Source: Geosiphon pyriformis uo1 (Eukaryota > Fungi > Glomeromycota). Taken from it: a stretch of 64,000 bases of DNA. The stretch is taken from assembly GCA_016748015.1 (NCBI GenBank), contig JAAOMT010000175.1, positions 279,594 to 343,593 on the forward strand. Direction: 5' to 3'. The notes beneath the pieces are model-generated. The model did no database searches, was not told the DNA's origin, and was given only the letters and a program-made list of their open reading frames with translations. Within the stretch, counting starts at the first letter, position 1; every line of letters begins with the position of its first letter. Shown in pieces: positions 12,658 through 25,782 of this stretch. Both the position numbers and the translations under genes were made by a program.

Positions 12658-13628
12658 TGTTACCAGACAAAATTAGAGATATTATTTAGCATGAAATTAC
12701 CCTTATAATTTCTATCATTAATTAGCATATATTATCATTTCAAATTATTACTTATTATATTAGCAAAATATCCAAAACTATTATTTAATTAATAACTCAG
12801 TTTGTACAGAACACAAATATAACTTAATTGTGATGATCAATCATGCAATACCCCGAACTATGTAACATTCAAAAGTTTGCCAAAATTTGTAGAAAGTTGC
12901 TGAAATAATTGATAGTTCACCAAAATATTTAATAGTTCACAGAAATAACTTGTAATTCACCAAAATGTAGCTTTAGTTCAGCAAAATTGTAGAAAAGAGC
13001 AAAGTTCAAGTTCATAGAAAAGTGTTACAACAAATTGTATAAAAGAAGAGCTTCTCTCTTTGAGAAAATATATCTTACTTTAGATTTATCACTTAGAACC
13101 ATTCCTATACACACAAAAAAAAATAAATATCAAATAATTTGAAAAAACCAAATTTTTTAATTATTGCACTTGGAAAATCCTCAAAACCCAACTGACATTT
13201 TGAAATTGATTAGCTACCAATTTCAGTAAACTGTTAGTGACTCCAGGCCTGGATAGAAAACGTTTCCCTTGACAAAATTCTATTTTTTTTACAATTTTTT
13301 TATTTTCTTGTATTTTCTTATTACAATCATTAGGATAGCCTACAGACAAGATTCGTTGACTTTCACAGCAAAATAACTACACATTTTTAGTGAGCTTCCA
13401 GACAAACAATTCCTGGAAAAGAGTTGACATTTACTACAACATAACTACATAAAATAACTGGCAAGGAATTGGCCATTCCACTTATAAGCCCAGCAGTTCG
13501 AATTATAGGAGATAATTTGAAAGGATAGATTCAGTTATCGGAGGTTCAAACACTTCCCATAGTCGTGAATTAACAGCATTCCAACAAACATATAAGAGCT
13601 AAGAAAAAACCAAAGACCTTTGGTAATA
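12658..13628 (+). repeat. 5' LTR of B1
   Basis: TGTTACC...GGTAATA (decayed GTAACA); TATA GTATAAAAG. Confidence 0.93.
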
Positions 13629-13630
13629 TT

Positions 13631-13646
13631 TGGTGCTCTTCCACAG
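13631..13646 (+). promoter_or_regulatory. Primer-binding site TGGTGCTC... (also A2 at 28260, B2 at 25780 minus)
   Basis: TGG lies 2 nt after the 5' LTR in all three full-length copies. Complementary to a tRNA ending GAGCA-CCA; Ile(UAU) is a candidate (inference). Confidence 0.75.
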
Positions 13647-13673
13647 AAACAACACAGCAAAAACAACTTCAAA

Positions 13674-15781
13674 GTGGCAACCACACCAGATACAACAACT
13701 CTAGAGTATTACCAGTCAATTTACACCCACTGCAAGCAAAGATTCAACATCTCAGACGGAATTGAAGTTATCAAAAAATCAGTATACCAATATATTGAAA
13801 ATTGCATCAACAATTATCTTTTTGGAAATTACAACATCTCAGAAGTTAGAAGCAATCTTTACAATAATTTAGTGCACTATTTACAGTTGGGAACTGAAGA
13901 TCTTAACAGTGAAACACTTGCCACTTACTTTCAAAAGCTTAATTTTAACATTATCAAATACTGTGAAAAAACATATCCAGTGCAATCTCAATACTCTATT
14001 GATTTTGAATCAAAGACAGAAACAAGCAACAAAGGCAAACAAAAATTGAAGCAATATTCAAGAACAACTTCAAATACTCCAATACTACTAACAACAACTG
14101 CCAAACACTTGCAAACACCTGAACAAAGAACCAGTGTCAAATTACCACTTTCTATTACACTATTTCTAATTTCATTTATTCAACCACAAACACCAAGTTT
14201 ACTACTTAAACGTTTTTCCAGACCAGAAGATTATCAGTTACCTAGAAATCCTACTCAACAGCAGAAACCAATATCAACAAGTGCCAATATTATTGATTAC
14301 TTACAAGAAAACGAAAGTAATCATTCAAAAAGTCTGGAAAGTAAAGAAACTGAATCAGAACAAGAAGAATCAATAGACAGTGAAAACAAAGAAAACAAAA
14401 TGACAGCATATATTGCAAGAATCCCTGAATTTAATGGAGAAGACATTGAGACCAGTCCCCAAAAATGGCTCAACCAAGTTACTAAAGCTGGAGATGCAAA
14501 TGGCTGAAATGCTGCCAGAATGTTAAGAACAATTCCCTACTTTCTCAAAGGAACAGTAGGCAAATGGTTTGAAAACTTGACCACCCCTTTTGATGACTGG
14601 ACAGCCTTCAAAACTGTTTTCTTAGAACAGTTTATTGACAACAACACTTCTATTACTCTCCAGAATTGCTTCCAAAATATCAAACAAGAGCCATCCAAAT
14701 CTGTTATAACTTATATTGGGAAATTCAACAAACTTTTCAGATGAATTTGCCAACTTGAAACTAATGATTATTATTCTGATGCTCAAATTTTGGATCAATT
14801 TATTGCTGATTTAAAAGATAAACTGATTAAAAAGGTTCACCCACATGCCCCAAAGAATTTAAACTCTGCCATTCAGCATGCAAAGAGATATGAAATGGCC
14901 ATGGAAGAAGCCAATTGTACAAAACTTGTGAACTTAGCCATTGAAAAAACCAGCTCAGCAGCTGAGGAGAAAATTGACCAACTTACAAAGAAAGTTGAAA
15001 ACTACTTTACCAATCAACAACAACAGCAACCCCAAAGATATCAACCACTCCAAAAACAAAATCAAAATAGCTTCACATCATTCTCTAATAACCAGTCTCA
15101 GAATTGCCATTACTGTGGAATTCCTGGCCACTGGAAAAGAGATTGCAGAAAGCTACAACGAGACCAACAAAACAGGAGTAATCAACGTTATTTTTCATCA
15201 CAACAATCTTATTACTAATCTCTACCACCAGCTTATTATCCACCAAGACCTCAATATCAAAACAACTATTATCAACCTGCTCCACAGCCAATGCAACAAC
15301 CACATCAGCAACCTCCTATTTAACATTACCAAGTATCTGCTCGACAATTAGTTCAACAAAACCAATTTGCACCACAAAACTGATTCACAACAAACAACAA
15401 CAGAGTCAATCCAAATAACCAATTGGTTCCCCGAAATCCAGCCCAGCCAAGACCTAATTACTACCACACTCAATCCAGTTATTTAACAATGCCGGAAGAA
15501 CAGGATTTTTACCATACTGCACTCTCGGAAAGTAGAGCTACAGTACAACAACAAAACTCTTCTAAAAACAACACCACTATTCTACCAGCCAGAATTGCCG
15601 AAAATGCCAATCTCTTTGATATTTTCTCTTTCGAATTTGAAGCAAATTAATCACCATTCTTGCTTAGCAATGCAGCAGCTAACAAGCAAAAAGCCATCAC
15701 TGCAATGTACACAGAAGCTGAAGTAAAAGGAAAGCCAATTCGATTAATCTTAGATAGTGGATCTGCTGGGAGTATTATTAC
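13674..15781 (+). pseudogene. B1 Gag (N-terminal helical domain, capsid, CCHC) fused in frame to the start of the protease
   Basis: IPEFNGED..PQKWL; IKQEPSKSVITY; CHYCGIPGHWKRDC; LILDSGSAGSII. All ORF pieces are in one frame. Confidence 0.9.
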
Positions 15782-17040
15782 TTAGAGATATTATTTAGCA
15801 TGAAATTACCCTTATAATTCCTATCATTAATTAGCATATATTATCATTTCAAATTATTACTTATTATATTAGCAAAATATCCAAAACTATTATTTAATTA
15901 ATAACTCAGTTTGTACAGAACACAAATATAACTTAATTGTGATAATCAATCATGCAATACTCCGAACTATGTAACATTCAAAAGTTTGCCGAAATTTGTA
16001 GAAAGTTGCCAAAATAATTGATAGTTCACCAAAATATTTAATAGTTCACAGAAATAACTTGTAATTCACCAAAATGTAGCTTTAGTTCAGCAAAATTGTA
16101 GAAAAGAGCAAAGTTCAAGTTCATAGAAAAGTGTTACAACAAATTGTATAAAAGAAGAGCTTCTCTCTTTGAGAAAATATATCTTACTTTAGATTTATCA
16201 CTTAGAACCATTCCTATACACACAAAAAAAAATAAATATCAAATAATTTGAAAAAACCAAATTTTTTAATTATTGCACTTGGAAAATCCTCAAAACCCAA
16301 CTGATATTTTGAAATTGATTAGCTACCAATTTCAGTAAACTGTTAGTGACTCCAGACCTGGATAGAAAACGTTTCCCTTAATAAAATCCTATTTCTTTTA
16401 CATTTCTTTTATTTTCTTATTATAATCATTAGGGTAGCCTACAGACAAGATTTCTGTAGAAGAGTTGACTTTCACAGCAAAGTAACTACACATTTTTTAG
16501 TGAGCTTCCAGATGAGCAATTCCTGGGAAAGAGTTGATGTTTACTACAACGTAACTACATAAAGTAACTGGCAAGGAATTGGCCATTCCACTTATAAGCC
16601 CAGCAAGTTCAAATTATAGAAAATAATTTGAAGATAAATTCAGTTATTGGAGGTTCAACTACTTCTAGAAAANNNNNNNNNNNNNNNNNNNNTATTTCTT
16701 TTACATTTCTTTTATTTTCTTATTATAATCATTAGGGTAGCCTACAGACAAGATTTCTGTAGAAGAGTTGACTTTCACAGCAAAGTAACTACACATTTTT
16801 TAGTGAGCTTCCAGATGAGCAATTCCTGGGAAAGAGTTGATGTTTACTACAACGTAACTACATAAAGTAACTGGCAAGGAATTGGCCATTCCACTTATAA
16901 GCCCAGCAAGTTCAAATTATAGAAAATAATTTGAAGATAAATTCAGTTATTGGAGGTTCAACTACTTCTAGAAAATGTGAATTTACAACAAACAAACATT
17001 AACAACATTTAAGAAAAGAGACCAAAAACCTCCAGTAATA
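15782..17040 (+). repeat. Solo B-family LTR inside the B1 protease (5' end clipped; N-gap 16673-16692)
   Basis: Matches the B LTR from about nt 15 to ...CCAGTAATA. The host frame resumes (R)PAQTVIVTADG at 17041. Confidence 0.85.
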
Positions 17041-17124
17041 CTGACCAGCTCAAACAGTAATTGTCACTGCTGATGGCATAAAAAAGACTCCAGTTGGAGA
17101 AATTGACAATTTTCTATTCACTCT

Positions 17125-18101
17125 TGTTACTGGAGGTTTTTGGTCTCTTTTCTGTAATGTTGTTGATACTTATTTGCTGTGAATTCACGTTTTCTGGGTG
17201 TGGTTGAACCTCCAGTAACTGAATTTTTTTTTAACTTCAAATTATCTCCTATAATTTGAACTTGCTGGGCTTATGAGTGGAATGGCCAATTCCATGCCAG
17301 TTGCTTTATGTAGTTACATTGTAGTAAACGTCAACTCTTTCCCAGGAATTGCTCATCTAGAAGCTCACTAAAAATGTGTAGTTACTTTGGTGTGAAAGTC
17401 AACTCTTCTACAAGAATCTTGTCTGTAGGCTACCCTAATGATTATAATAAAAAAATAAAAGAAATGTAAAAGAAATAGGATTTTATCAAGGGAAACGTTT
17501 TCTATCCAGGTCTGGAGTCACTAACAGTTTACTAAAATTGGTAGCTAATCAATTTCGAAATGTTAGTTGGTTTTTGGGGATTGTTCAAGAGTAATAATTT
17601 AAGAATTTGGTTTTTCAAATTATTTGGTATTTATTTCTTTTTGTGTATGTAGAATTGGTTCTAAGTAATAAATCTAAAGTAAGATACATTTTCTCGAAGA
17701 GAAAAGCTCTTCTTTTATACAACTTGTCATAACACTATTCTATGAACTTGAACTTTGCTATTTTCTACAATTTTGCTGAACTAAAGATACATTTTGGCGA
17801 ACTACAAGTTATTTCTGCGAACTTATTAGATATTTCAGTGAACTATCAATTATTTCGACAAATTTCTATAAATTTCGGTGAACTTTTGAATGTTACATAG
17901 TTTGGGATATTGCATGATTAATTATTGCAATTAGGTTACATTTGTGTTGTGTACAATTTGGGTTATTAATTAAATGATAATTTCGGACATTCTTTGCTAA
18001 TGTAATAAGTAATAATTTGAAACGATAATATATGCTAATTAATAATAAGAATTATAAGATAGTTTCATGTTAAATGATATCTCTAATTTCGTCTGGTAAC
18101 A
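17125..18101 (-). repeat. 3' LTR of B2
   Basis: Direct repeat of 25783-26771 with TG..CA ends. Confidence 0.95.
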
Positions 18102-18588
18102 TAACCTCCTCCTCAAGACTGAGCTCCATCGAAGTCCAAGTACTGTCTGTTATTTCCAGATAATAATCCAAAATTATTGAAGAAATTTGGTCTGAAAATT
18201 GTTGAAATTTCAGTTCTGTGAGCTTTTCAATGTATTGAATCTTCAAAGGTTGAAAAATTGGGTTTTGTAGTACGTTTTCACAGGTGTGGAATAGGTCATA
18301 AAGTCTAAGAGCAGCTCTAAGCCTGTAGCGACTGTTTGTTGATCCAGCTGTTGTCTTGAATTCGTTGTAGAGTTGTTTCTGAATAGCTTCTTTTGTGAGG
18401 TTTGCTGTTGTAAGTTCCAGTTTCTGTTCATAGAGTGTNNNNNNNNNNNNNNNNNNNNAATTTGTAACTACTTCTGTTTGGGTATAATTTATGTGGTTTC
18501 CAGTAACAGTAATGGATAATTCGGGTATTGTTTTTAAAGCTAACATTAGTTTTTAGGATAATTGTTGAATGTTTTGAGGAATAGTCAT
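18070..18588 (-). pseudogene. B2 ORF3 (contains N-gap 18439-18458)
   Basis: MTIPQNIQQL..AALRLYDLF..LEEEVMLPDEIRDII*; runs through the PPT into the LTR. Confidence 0.8.
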
Positions 18589-18702
18589 TATAAGCAATTG
18601 AAAAAATAAAAATTATTTTTGGTATATGGGTTTTTATGTTATTTTTGTTTTGTTTTTGTGAGATTGTTTCTAAATTATAAGAGAATAACTAGTAAAATTA
18701 AA

Positions 18703-20088
18703 TTAAGTGTTCAGATTGGAAGGTTGTTCAATGACAACTATTGGTTCTAAGTTTCAGGGAATATCTTCGGAACTGACCAAAGGGGAATGTGTACCAATTT
18801 GTGGAATTAATGGTTCAGAATTGTTTCTGAAATGATAGTGTTTCAAACAATCTCCATGTACAACTTTTGCTAGGATTTTGTCATCAAGTCTTAGTTTGTA
18901 TGATCCATTGTCTAGGACTTCATAGATAAAGAATGGTTCATCCCATTTATTTTCAAATTTTCCACTCCATTGTTTTTCAGCTTTAGTTCTGTATAAGAGA
19001 ACTTTGTTTCCAATTTTAAATTTATTGGTGACTGAAGGCAATTTGTCATCATGCCGTTCTTTTTGTTGAGCTTGGGAGTGTTCAATATGGGTGGCTGCTA
19101 TTCATTGTTTTCCTTCCAATGTGCTAAGCAGAGTGTAGGCTCTTCGCTGAAGCATTTCTTGGAAATTGTTTTCATCGATCGGTTGTGCTGGGTATGTTTC
19201 CACTGTAAAACTGATTGGTAATGTTGCCGTTCTTCCATAAGTTAAATCAAATGGTGTGTGTTTTGTGGTATCTTGTTTTAATGTCTTATATACTAGTAAC
19301 ACTGATGAAATAAAGAGATCCCATTCTTGCTCAAAATTGGTTGAGACTTTGGCTAATGACTCACACAATGTTCTGTTAAAACGTTCTACAAGTCCATTTG
19401 TTTGTGGATGGTAGGGCGAAGACAGAGGTCTTTTGACATTAAATCATTCACAAATTTCTTGTATCAGGTTGTTCACAAAGTGTGTTCCCTGATCGGATAA
19501 AAGTTCAATTGGACATCTATGTCTACAAATGATGTCTTCGTAGATGAAATTTGCTACTGATTTTGCATTTGCTCATTGAATGGCTCTGGCTTTAGGTCAT
19601 TTAGTAAAATAGTCTACAGCTACTGCAATATAATGGTTTCCTTGAGTGGTGATAGATAGTGGTCCAACTAAATTGATACCAACTCTGTCAAAAGGCTGTC
19701 CAACTTTGATTGGATTTAAAGGTTCTGTAGGGTGAGTTCCTCCTTTTCTTTGACAACTATCACAAGATTCGACATATTCGTGAATGTCTTTTCTCATTCG
19801 AGGCCAAAAGTAGTATTCTAGTGTTTTTTGGGTGGTGTTATCTTTTCTGAAGTGTGCTGATGAAGAATCTGAGTGCATATTGTATAAAATGGTCTCTTTT
19901 TCCTGTTCTTGTATTAATCTGAGTGGTTTGGTTGGGTTTTTGAAATTTCGATGATAGATAATGTTGTTGTGTAGAAAATATTGTTTGGCTTGTTGTTGTA
20001 ACCGATGTTTTTCATCTAAAGACCAATCTGTTGGGATTGTTAATGTCTCCAAATATTGTTTGAAATTGTTGTAGTTTTCAGGGTTCAT
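18703..20088 (-). pseudogene. B2 integrase, separate ORF
   Basis: MNPENYNNFKQYL; H..H..CDSC zinc motif; YHPQTNGLVERFN; KWDEPF. Confidence 0.92.
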
Positions 20089-20137
20089 TGTTTGTTGTTT
20101 TGATGCTGTTAATTCAAATGGGTGTTGGTTTTGTTTT

Positions 20138-23100
20138 CTAATCTTGTTTCATTCTTGAGAGACAATCAACATTGGTGTGGAGTTTTCCTGGTTTGTGGTG
20201 TATGATGTATTGGTAATTAGCTAAAAATCCTGTCTATCAGGTTTGTTTTGCATTCAGCTGGGTGTTTTTGTTTTGTAGCCATTTAAGTTCAATATTATCA
20301 GTGATAATATTGAATTCTTTGGGTCTAAGGTACAGATTGAAGTGATATAGAGCCCAGATTACTGCTGCAGTTTCTAATTCTGTTGCAGGGTAGTTCTTTT
20401 TGGCTGGCTTTAATGTTCTACTAGTATAAGCAATTACTTACTCATTTCCATTGTCATCTAACTGTGATAAGATGGCACCAAAGGCAATATAAGAGGCATC
20501 AGTCACTAACCGGAATCAGTTGCTGAAATCTGGGTAGGCGAGGATTGGAGCTGTTGTGAGTTTTTTTTTAAGTATCTCGAAGGCATTTTGGTGTTCTTCT
20601 GTCTATTTGTATTCGACATTTTTAGTAGTGAGCTGGTTGAGGGGTTTTGCAATTTCTGAGAATCCTTTGATGAATTTTCGGTAATAGGATGCTAATCCAA
20701 TAAATCCTCTTAATTCTGTGGTATTTCGTGGAGTTTTGAAGTTTTTGACAGTACTGATTTTTCTGGGGTCTGGTTTAATTCCATTTTTGTTAACAATGTG
20801 ACCAAGAAAAGCTAAACTTGTTTTTCCAAAGTAGTATTTTTCAATGTTCAGTTTCAATCCTGTTTTCCGTAATCATTGAAAAACTTCTCGCAGGTGAATT
20901 AAATGTAGCTCAAAAGATGGTGAATAAACATCAGTGTCATCAAGATAAACTACTACTGATTTCCAAAGGAGGCCTTTGTAAACAACATCCATGAGTCTTT
21001 GGAATGTTGCTGGTGCATTGCATAATCCGAAAGGCATTACATTGAACTTGTAATTTCCTCCTTGAGTGGTGAATGCTGTTTTGGGGCGGTCTTTGGGATC
21101 CATAGCAACTTGCCAGTATCCACTCTCTAAATCTAATGTTGAAAAGTATTTGGACTTTCCAAGGGCATCCAACATGTCATTAATTCGGAGAAGAGGGTAG
21201 GCATCCCTAATGGTAACACTGTTAAGTTGTCGGTAATCAACACAAAATTGTATCTTTCCATTTTTCTTTTTAACTAGAACCACAGGTGAGGCCCATAGGC
21301 TCATTGATGGTTGAATAAGCCCATTGTTAAGCATTCGTTGTACTTCTTCTCAGATAAATTAGTGACTTTTTGGGGCAACTCAGTAGGCTTGTTGTTGCCT
21401 TGGTTTGGCATCTTCTATATAGATTTGGTGTTGAACCAAATCAGTTCTTCCTAAGTTATTGTTGTTTTCGGCAAAGATGTCAGCAAATTCTGCAATTAGC
21501 TCTTTGAGCTGGATCTGTTGTTGTGGTTTAAGTTGTCCTATGTTGATTCGAGATAGTTTTTCCATGACAACATGGTAGTTTTTGGAGCTGGGGTTTGGGT
21601 TGGTTTTTGGTATTGAATGTCTAATAATTTTAGAGAAATCAGGAACTATTTGGGATAATTTTTGTTGAAATATATTACTGTAAATAACTCCAATTTCTAA
21701 ATTATTTAATAAAATTATGGAGTAATTATTGGGGTTGTAAAAAGTAACTCGGACTTTCTTTGTTTCTTTTGGAATATAAATGTTTGGGATCTAAATATTA
21801 TGTTCCAAGCAGACTTGTTTATTGAACTCAAAAATTTGTTGTGTGGTTGTTGGCTTTGGGCAGGTGTAGATTTCCAGATGTTCTCCAAAGAGTGAGATAG
21901 TAATCGGTTGTGGAAGTCTGAGAATCTGGTGGGATTCGTTCTGTGTGTTAAGAGTTATATTAACTGGAACTGTAAATCATTCAGTTGAACCAAAACCTTG
22001 GGTTCCTCTATCGCTTTTTCCTAATTGTTCTCTTTGATTGACTAGTTGCAAACCCGAAATGTTGATTAAGAGTAGATAAATAGCTTGGACAATTTTTTCA
22101 GCATGTTTGAGCTTGAATGGTTTGTCAGTTTCATTTTGAAGCATTACTGTTATGTCTCTAGTATATCCAGCATCGATTATTCCTCCTCTAACATTGATTT
22201 CTTTGCTTGCCAGAGAGGACTGGGAGGCAATTTGAACTATTGCTCCTGGCGGGATTTTGAGTGCAATTTTGAGGTTGATTTTTGTAAGAGATTTGAGTTT
22301 GAGAACAAGAGTATTCTTGCTGGATATCTTAGGTTATATTTAGCATCAATTTCGTGTGCTTTTTCGGGTTTTATTCCTTGTCCGTTGTTGTTGAAGTATT
22401 TAAGTTGTAAGGCAGGCTGATTTTTGATAAGGTAGATGGGTGTTGTTTCAATTTTTTTCATTTCTTCAGATTCTCCAAATTCAATTTCATTCTCATCATT
22501 TTCGCTGGGCAAGGGGATACTAAAAGCATAGCATTCAGGACACCATTGTTCATCACAAGGCATAATGCATTCTTCACATAGTCTAATGTTCATTTGCTCT
22601 AATCATTGAATTTGAGCTTCTTGGGTCAGGTAGGTGTGACTTGCAATTTGGTGGTAGACTTCTACTTCATCTTCGTAATCAAATCCAGCCAATTCCATAG
22701 TGTATTCAATGTATTCTGCTTTCTTCATTTGACAAACATCTTCTTTGATAGTTCTATTAATTAATGCCATTGCTAAGTCAAAAATCATCTCGGCATCATA
22801 AGGGTAGTGATAAAGTTTGTTGAGAGCACTGTTGTATGCTGCATTAAAGAGTGTTCCTTTTTTTACTTTTTCTGAAATTGATAAAGCATAGTGGCAGGTC
22901 TGATCGCAGACGCCTCCTCTCATTGCTACATCAATCTAATTGCATTCTTCCAGTAGCATATCTCCACAAGTCAAACAAGGGGTGTTGTCCCATTTTCCGC
23001 TCCTTTTTATTAGATGGCCTTATCACTCTCTGTGGCAAGCCTTGCAGTAATAACAAGTATGATTCTCATATTCTTCTTCAGGTGAAATGCAGGCTCCCAT

Positions 23101-25740
23101 TGACGATAGTTTTTTGTGGCAGTCCTTACATTTAAGGGGAATATAAGGGCGTTGTTTCCTTGGTTCAGGTTTTGAGTAAGGTATATTCCATCCAGAGGTT
23201 TTGGGTTTAGTGTGTGGGATAAAATGTTCTTGTTCTGTTTTATCAGCCCAGTTGAACATTAATCCAAGTGCCATGAATGTTTTGATTATTGGTTTTTTTT
23301 CTTCTGGTTCAAATTTAAAAGCCGGGGCTTTTTCAGAGCGTTTGTTGAATGTATCACAAATGGCAGGTACTCGGGCGTGTTGTCCTTGGTAGGAGATTGT
23401 TAACTCTTGTGTTTTCCAATTCAGATTAGCATTGGCTTTTTGAAGCCAATCATTTCTGACGAAAGCTTGGTACTGGGGTGCGTCCATTACAAGAACTTTG
23501 ACTGGAATGGTGATTCCATCAAGAGTGAATGGAAAATTGTCAATTTCTCCTACTGGGGTCTTTTTCATGCCATCAGCAGTAACGATTACTGTTTGAGCTG
23601 GTCGGTCAACATTTCTTTTCAATTGTTATATTAATTGGTAGGTGATAATGCTTTCGGCGAATTCACTGTCTAGGATCAAGCGAATTGGCTTTCCTTCTAC
23701 TTCAGCTTCTGTGTACATTGCAGTAATGGCTTTTTGCTCATTAGCCGCTGCATTGCTAAGCAAGAATGGTGATTCATTTGCTTCAAATTCGAAAGGAAAG
23801 ATATCAGAGAGATTGGCATTTTCAGCAATTTGGACTGGTGGAATAGTGGTGTGGTTATAAGAAGGGTTTTGTTATTGTTGTGCTGTAGCTCTACCTTCTG
23901 AGAGTGCAGTATGGTAAAAATACTGTTCTTCTGGCATTGTTAAATAACTGGGTTGAGTGTGGTAGTAGTTGGGTCTTGGTTGAATGATATTTCAGGAAAC
24001 CAATTGGTTGTTCGAACTGATTCTACTGTTGTTTACTTGGTATCGGTTTTGTGGTGTGGATTGATTTTGTGTAATCAGTCTTCGAACAGGTACTTGATAA
24101 TGTTGTGTGGGTGGTTGTTGGTATTGCTGTTGGATTGATTGTGGGACAGGCTGATAATAGTTATTTTGGTATTGGGATCTTGGTGGATAGTAAGCTAGTA
24201 ATGATGGTTGATAATAAGATTGCTGTGGTGGAAAGTAACGTTAATTACCCCTATTTTGTTGGTCTCGTTGTAGCTTTCTGCAATCTCTTTTCCAGTGGCC
24301 AGAGATTCCACAGTAATGGCAATTCTGGGGCTGGTTATTGGAAAGTGGTGCAAAGTTATTTTGATTTCGTCTTTGGGGTGGCTGATATCTTTGTTGTTGT
24401 TGGTTGGTAAAATAGTTTTTGACCTTCTTTGTGAATTGGTCAATTTTTCCCTCAGCTGTTGAGCTGGTTTTTCCAATTGCCAAATTTACAAGTTTTATAC
24501 AATTGGCCTCTTCTATGGCCATTTCGTATCTTTTCGCATGCTGTATGGCAGAGTTTAAATCTTTTGGCACGTGTGGGCGAACCTTTTTAATTAGTTTATC
24601 TTTTAGACCAGCAATAAATTGATCCAAGATTTGAGCATCAGAATAATAATTGTTTGTCTCGAGTTGGTGAATCCGTTTAAAAAGTTTGTTGAATTTCCCA
24701 ATATAAATCATAACAGATTTGGAGGGTTCTTGTTTGATATTTCGAAAATGATTGCGAAGAGTGATGGAGGTATTATTGTCAGTAAACTGTTCAAGAAAGG
24801 CTGCTTTGAAAGCATTCCAATCATTGAATGGGGCGGCCAGGTTTTCAAACCATTCTTCTGCTGTTCCTTTGAGAAAGTATGGAATTGTTCTTAACATTCT
24901 GGTGGCATTCTATCTATTTGCATCTCCGGCTTTAGTAACTTGGTCGAGCCATTCTTGAGGACTGGTCTCAATGTCTTCTTCATTAAAGTCAGAGATTTTT
25001 GCGATGTATGTTGTCATTTCGTCTTCTTCATTTTCACTGTCTATTGATTCTTCTTTAGTTATTTCAGAGTTGTTTTCTTCGTTTGCTGCTGTCTCAGAGT
25101 GTTCATTTTGATTTTCAGCTAGAAAATCAAGGAGATTAAAACTAGTTTGAAAGGGTTCTTGTTGTCTGGTGGGACTTCTGAGTGATGTAAAATCTTCTGG
25201 TCTTGTAAATTAATTCAAGGGTGAATTAGGTGTTTGTGCTTGTGCAAGTAAAGCTGGAAAAGGTGTGATAGTAAGTGGAAGTTTGGAGCTGGTTCTTTGT
25301 TCAGGTGTTTGTAGATGTTTGAATGATATTTTGGGAGTATTGAGTGTTGTATAAACAGGTCAGTTATCTTTTTGTTTTTTGTTGCTACTGGTTTCAGGTT
25401 CAGATTCGAGTTCAAAGACAAATTGTGTGTTTGCAGAATATTTTTCTTCACAGAATTGAATGATATTATAATCGAGTTCCTCAAAATAAGTAGCACAAGC
25501 TTCAGCACTAATGTTTTCTAATTCAGTATTGGAATAGTGTAGTATGTTCTCAAGAAGATCTCTTTTAACTGTTGTAATGTTATAGTTCCCAAAGAGGTAG
25601 TTGTTGATTCGATTTTCGATGTATTGAAAAAGTGTTTTCTTGAAAGCTATTATTCCGTCACGTATTTCAAATCATTATTTACAGTGTGTATAGATCGATT
25701 GATAGTACTCTAAGATTGTGATGTCTGAGGCGGTCGCCAC
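20138..25740 (-). pseudogene. B2 Gag-PR-Cys module-dUTPase-RT-RNase H polyprotein
   Basis: CHYCGISGHWKRDC; LILDS; RGTQGFGST; VVYLDD; LVTDAS..NYPATELE; ends NVDCLSRMKQD*. A frameshift occurs near 22320. Confidence 0.92.
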
Positions 25741-25782
25741 TTTGAATTTGTTGCTGTGTTATTTCCGTGAGAGAGCACCAAA

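Noticed and set aside
16730-16865. Peptide similarity between A and B LTR frames (RIAYQ..NSWE versus RVAYR..NSWE)
   Set aside because: The frame depends on a T-run whose length varies between B LTRs. It is more likely residual nucleotide homology or chance.
16390-16975. Perfect tandem duplication of about 283 bp inside the solo LTR
   Set aside because: Identical copies flank a 20-N gap (16673-16692), which points to an unmerged contig overlap.
18439-18458. Apparent internal deletion in B2 ORF3
   Set aside because: Coincides with a 20-N scaffold gap.
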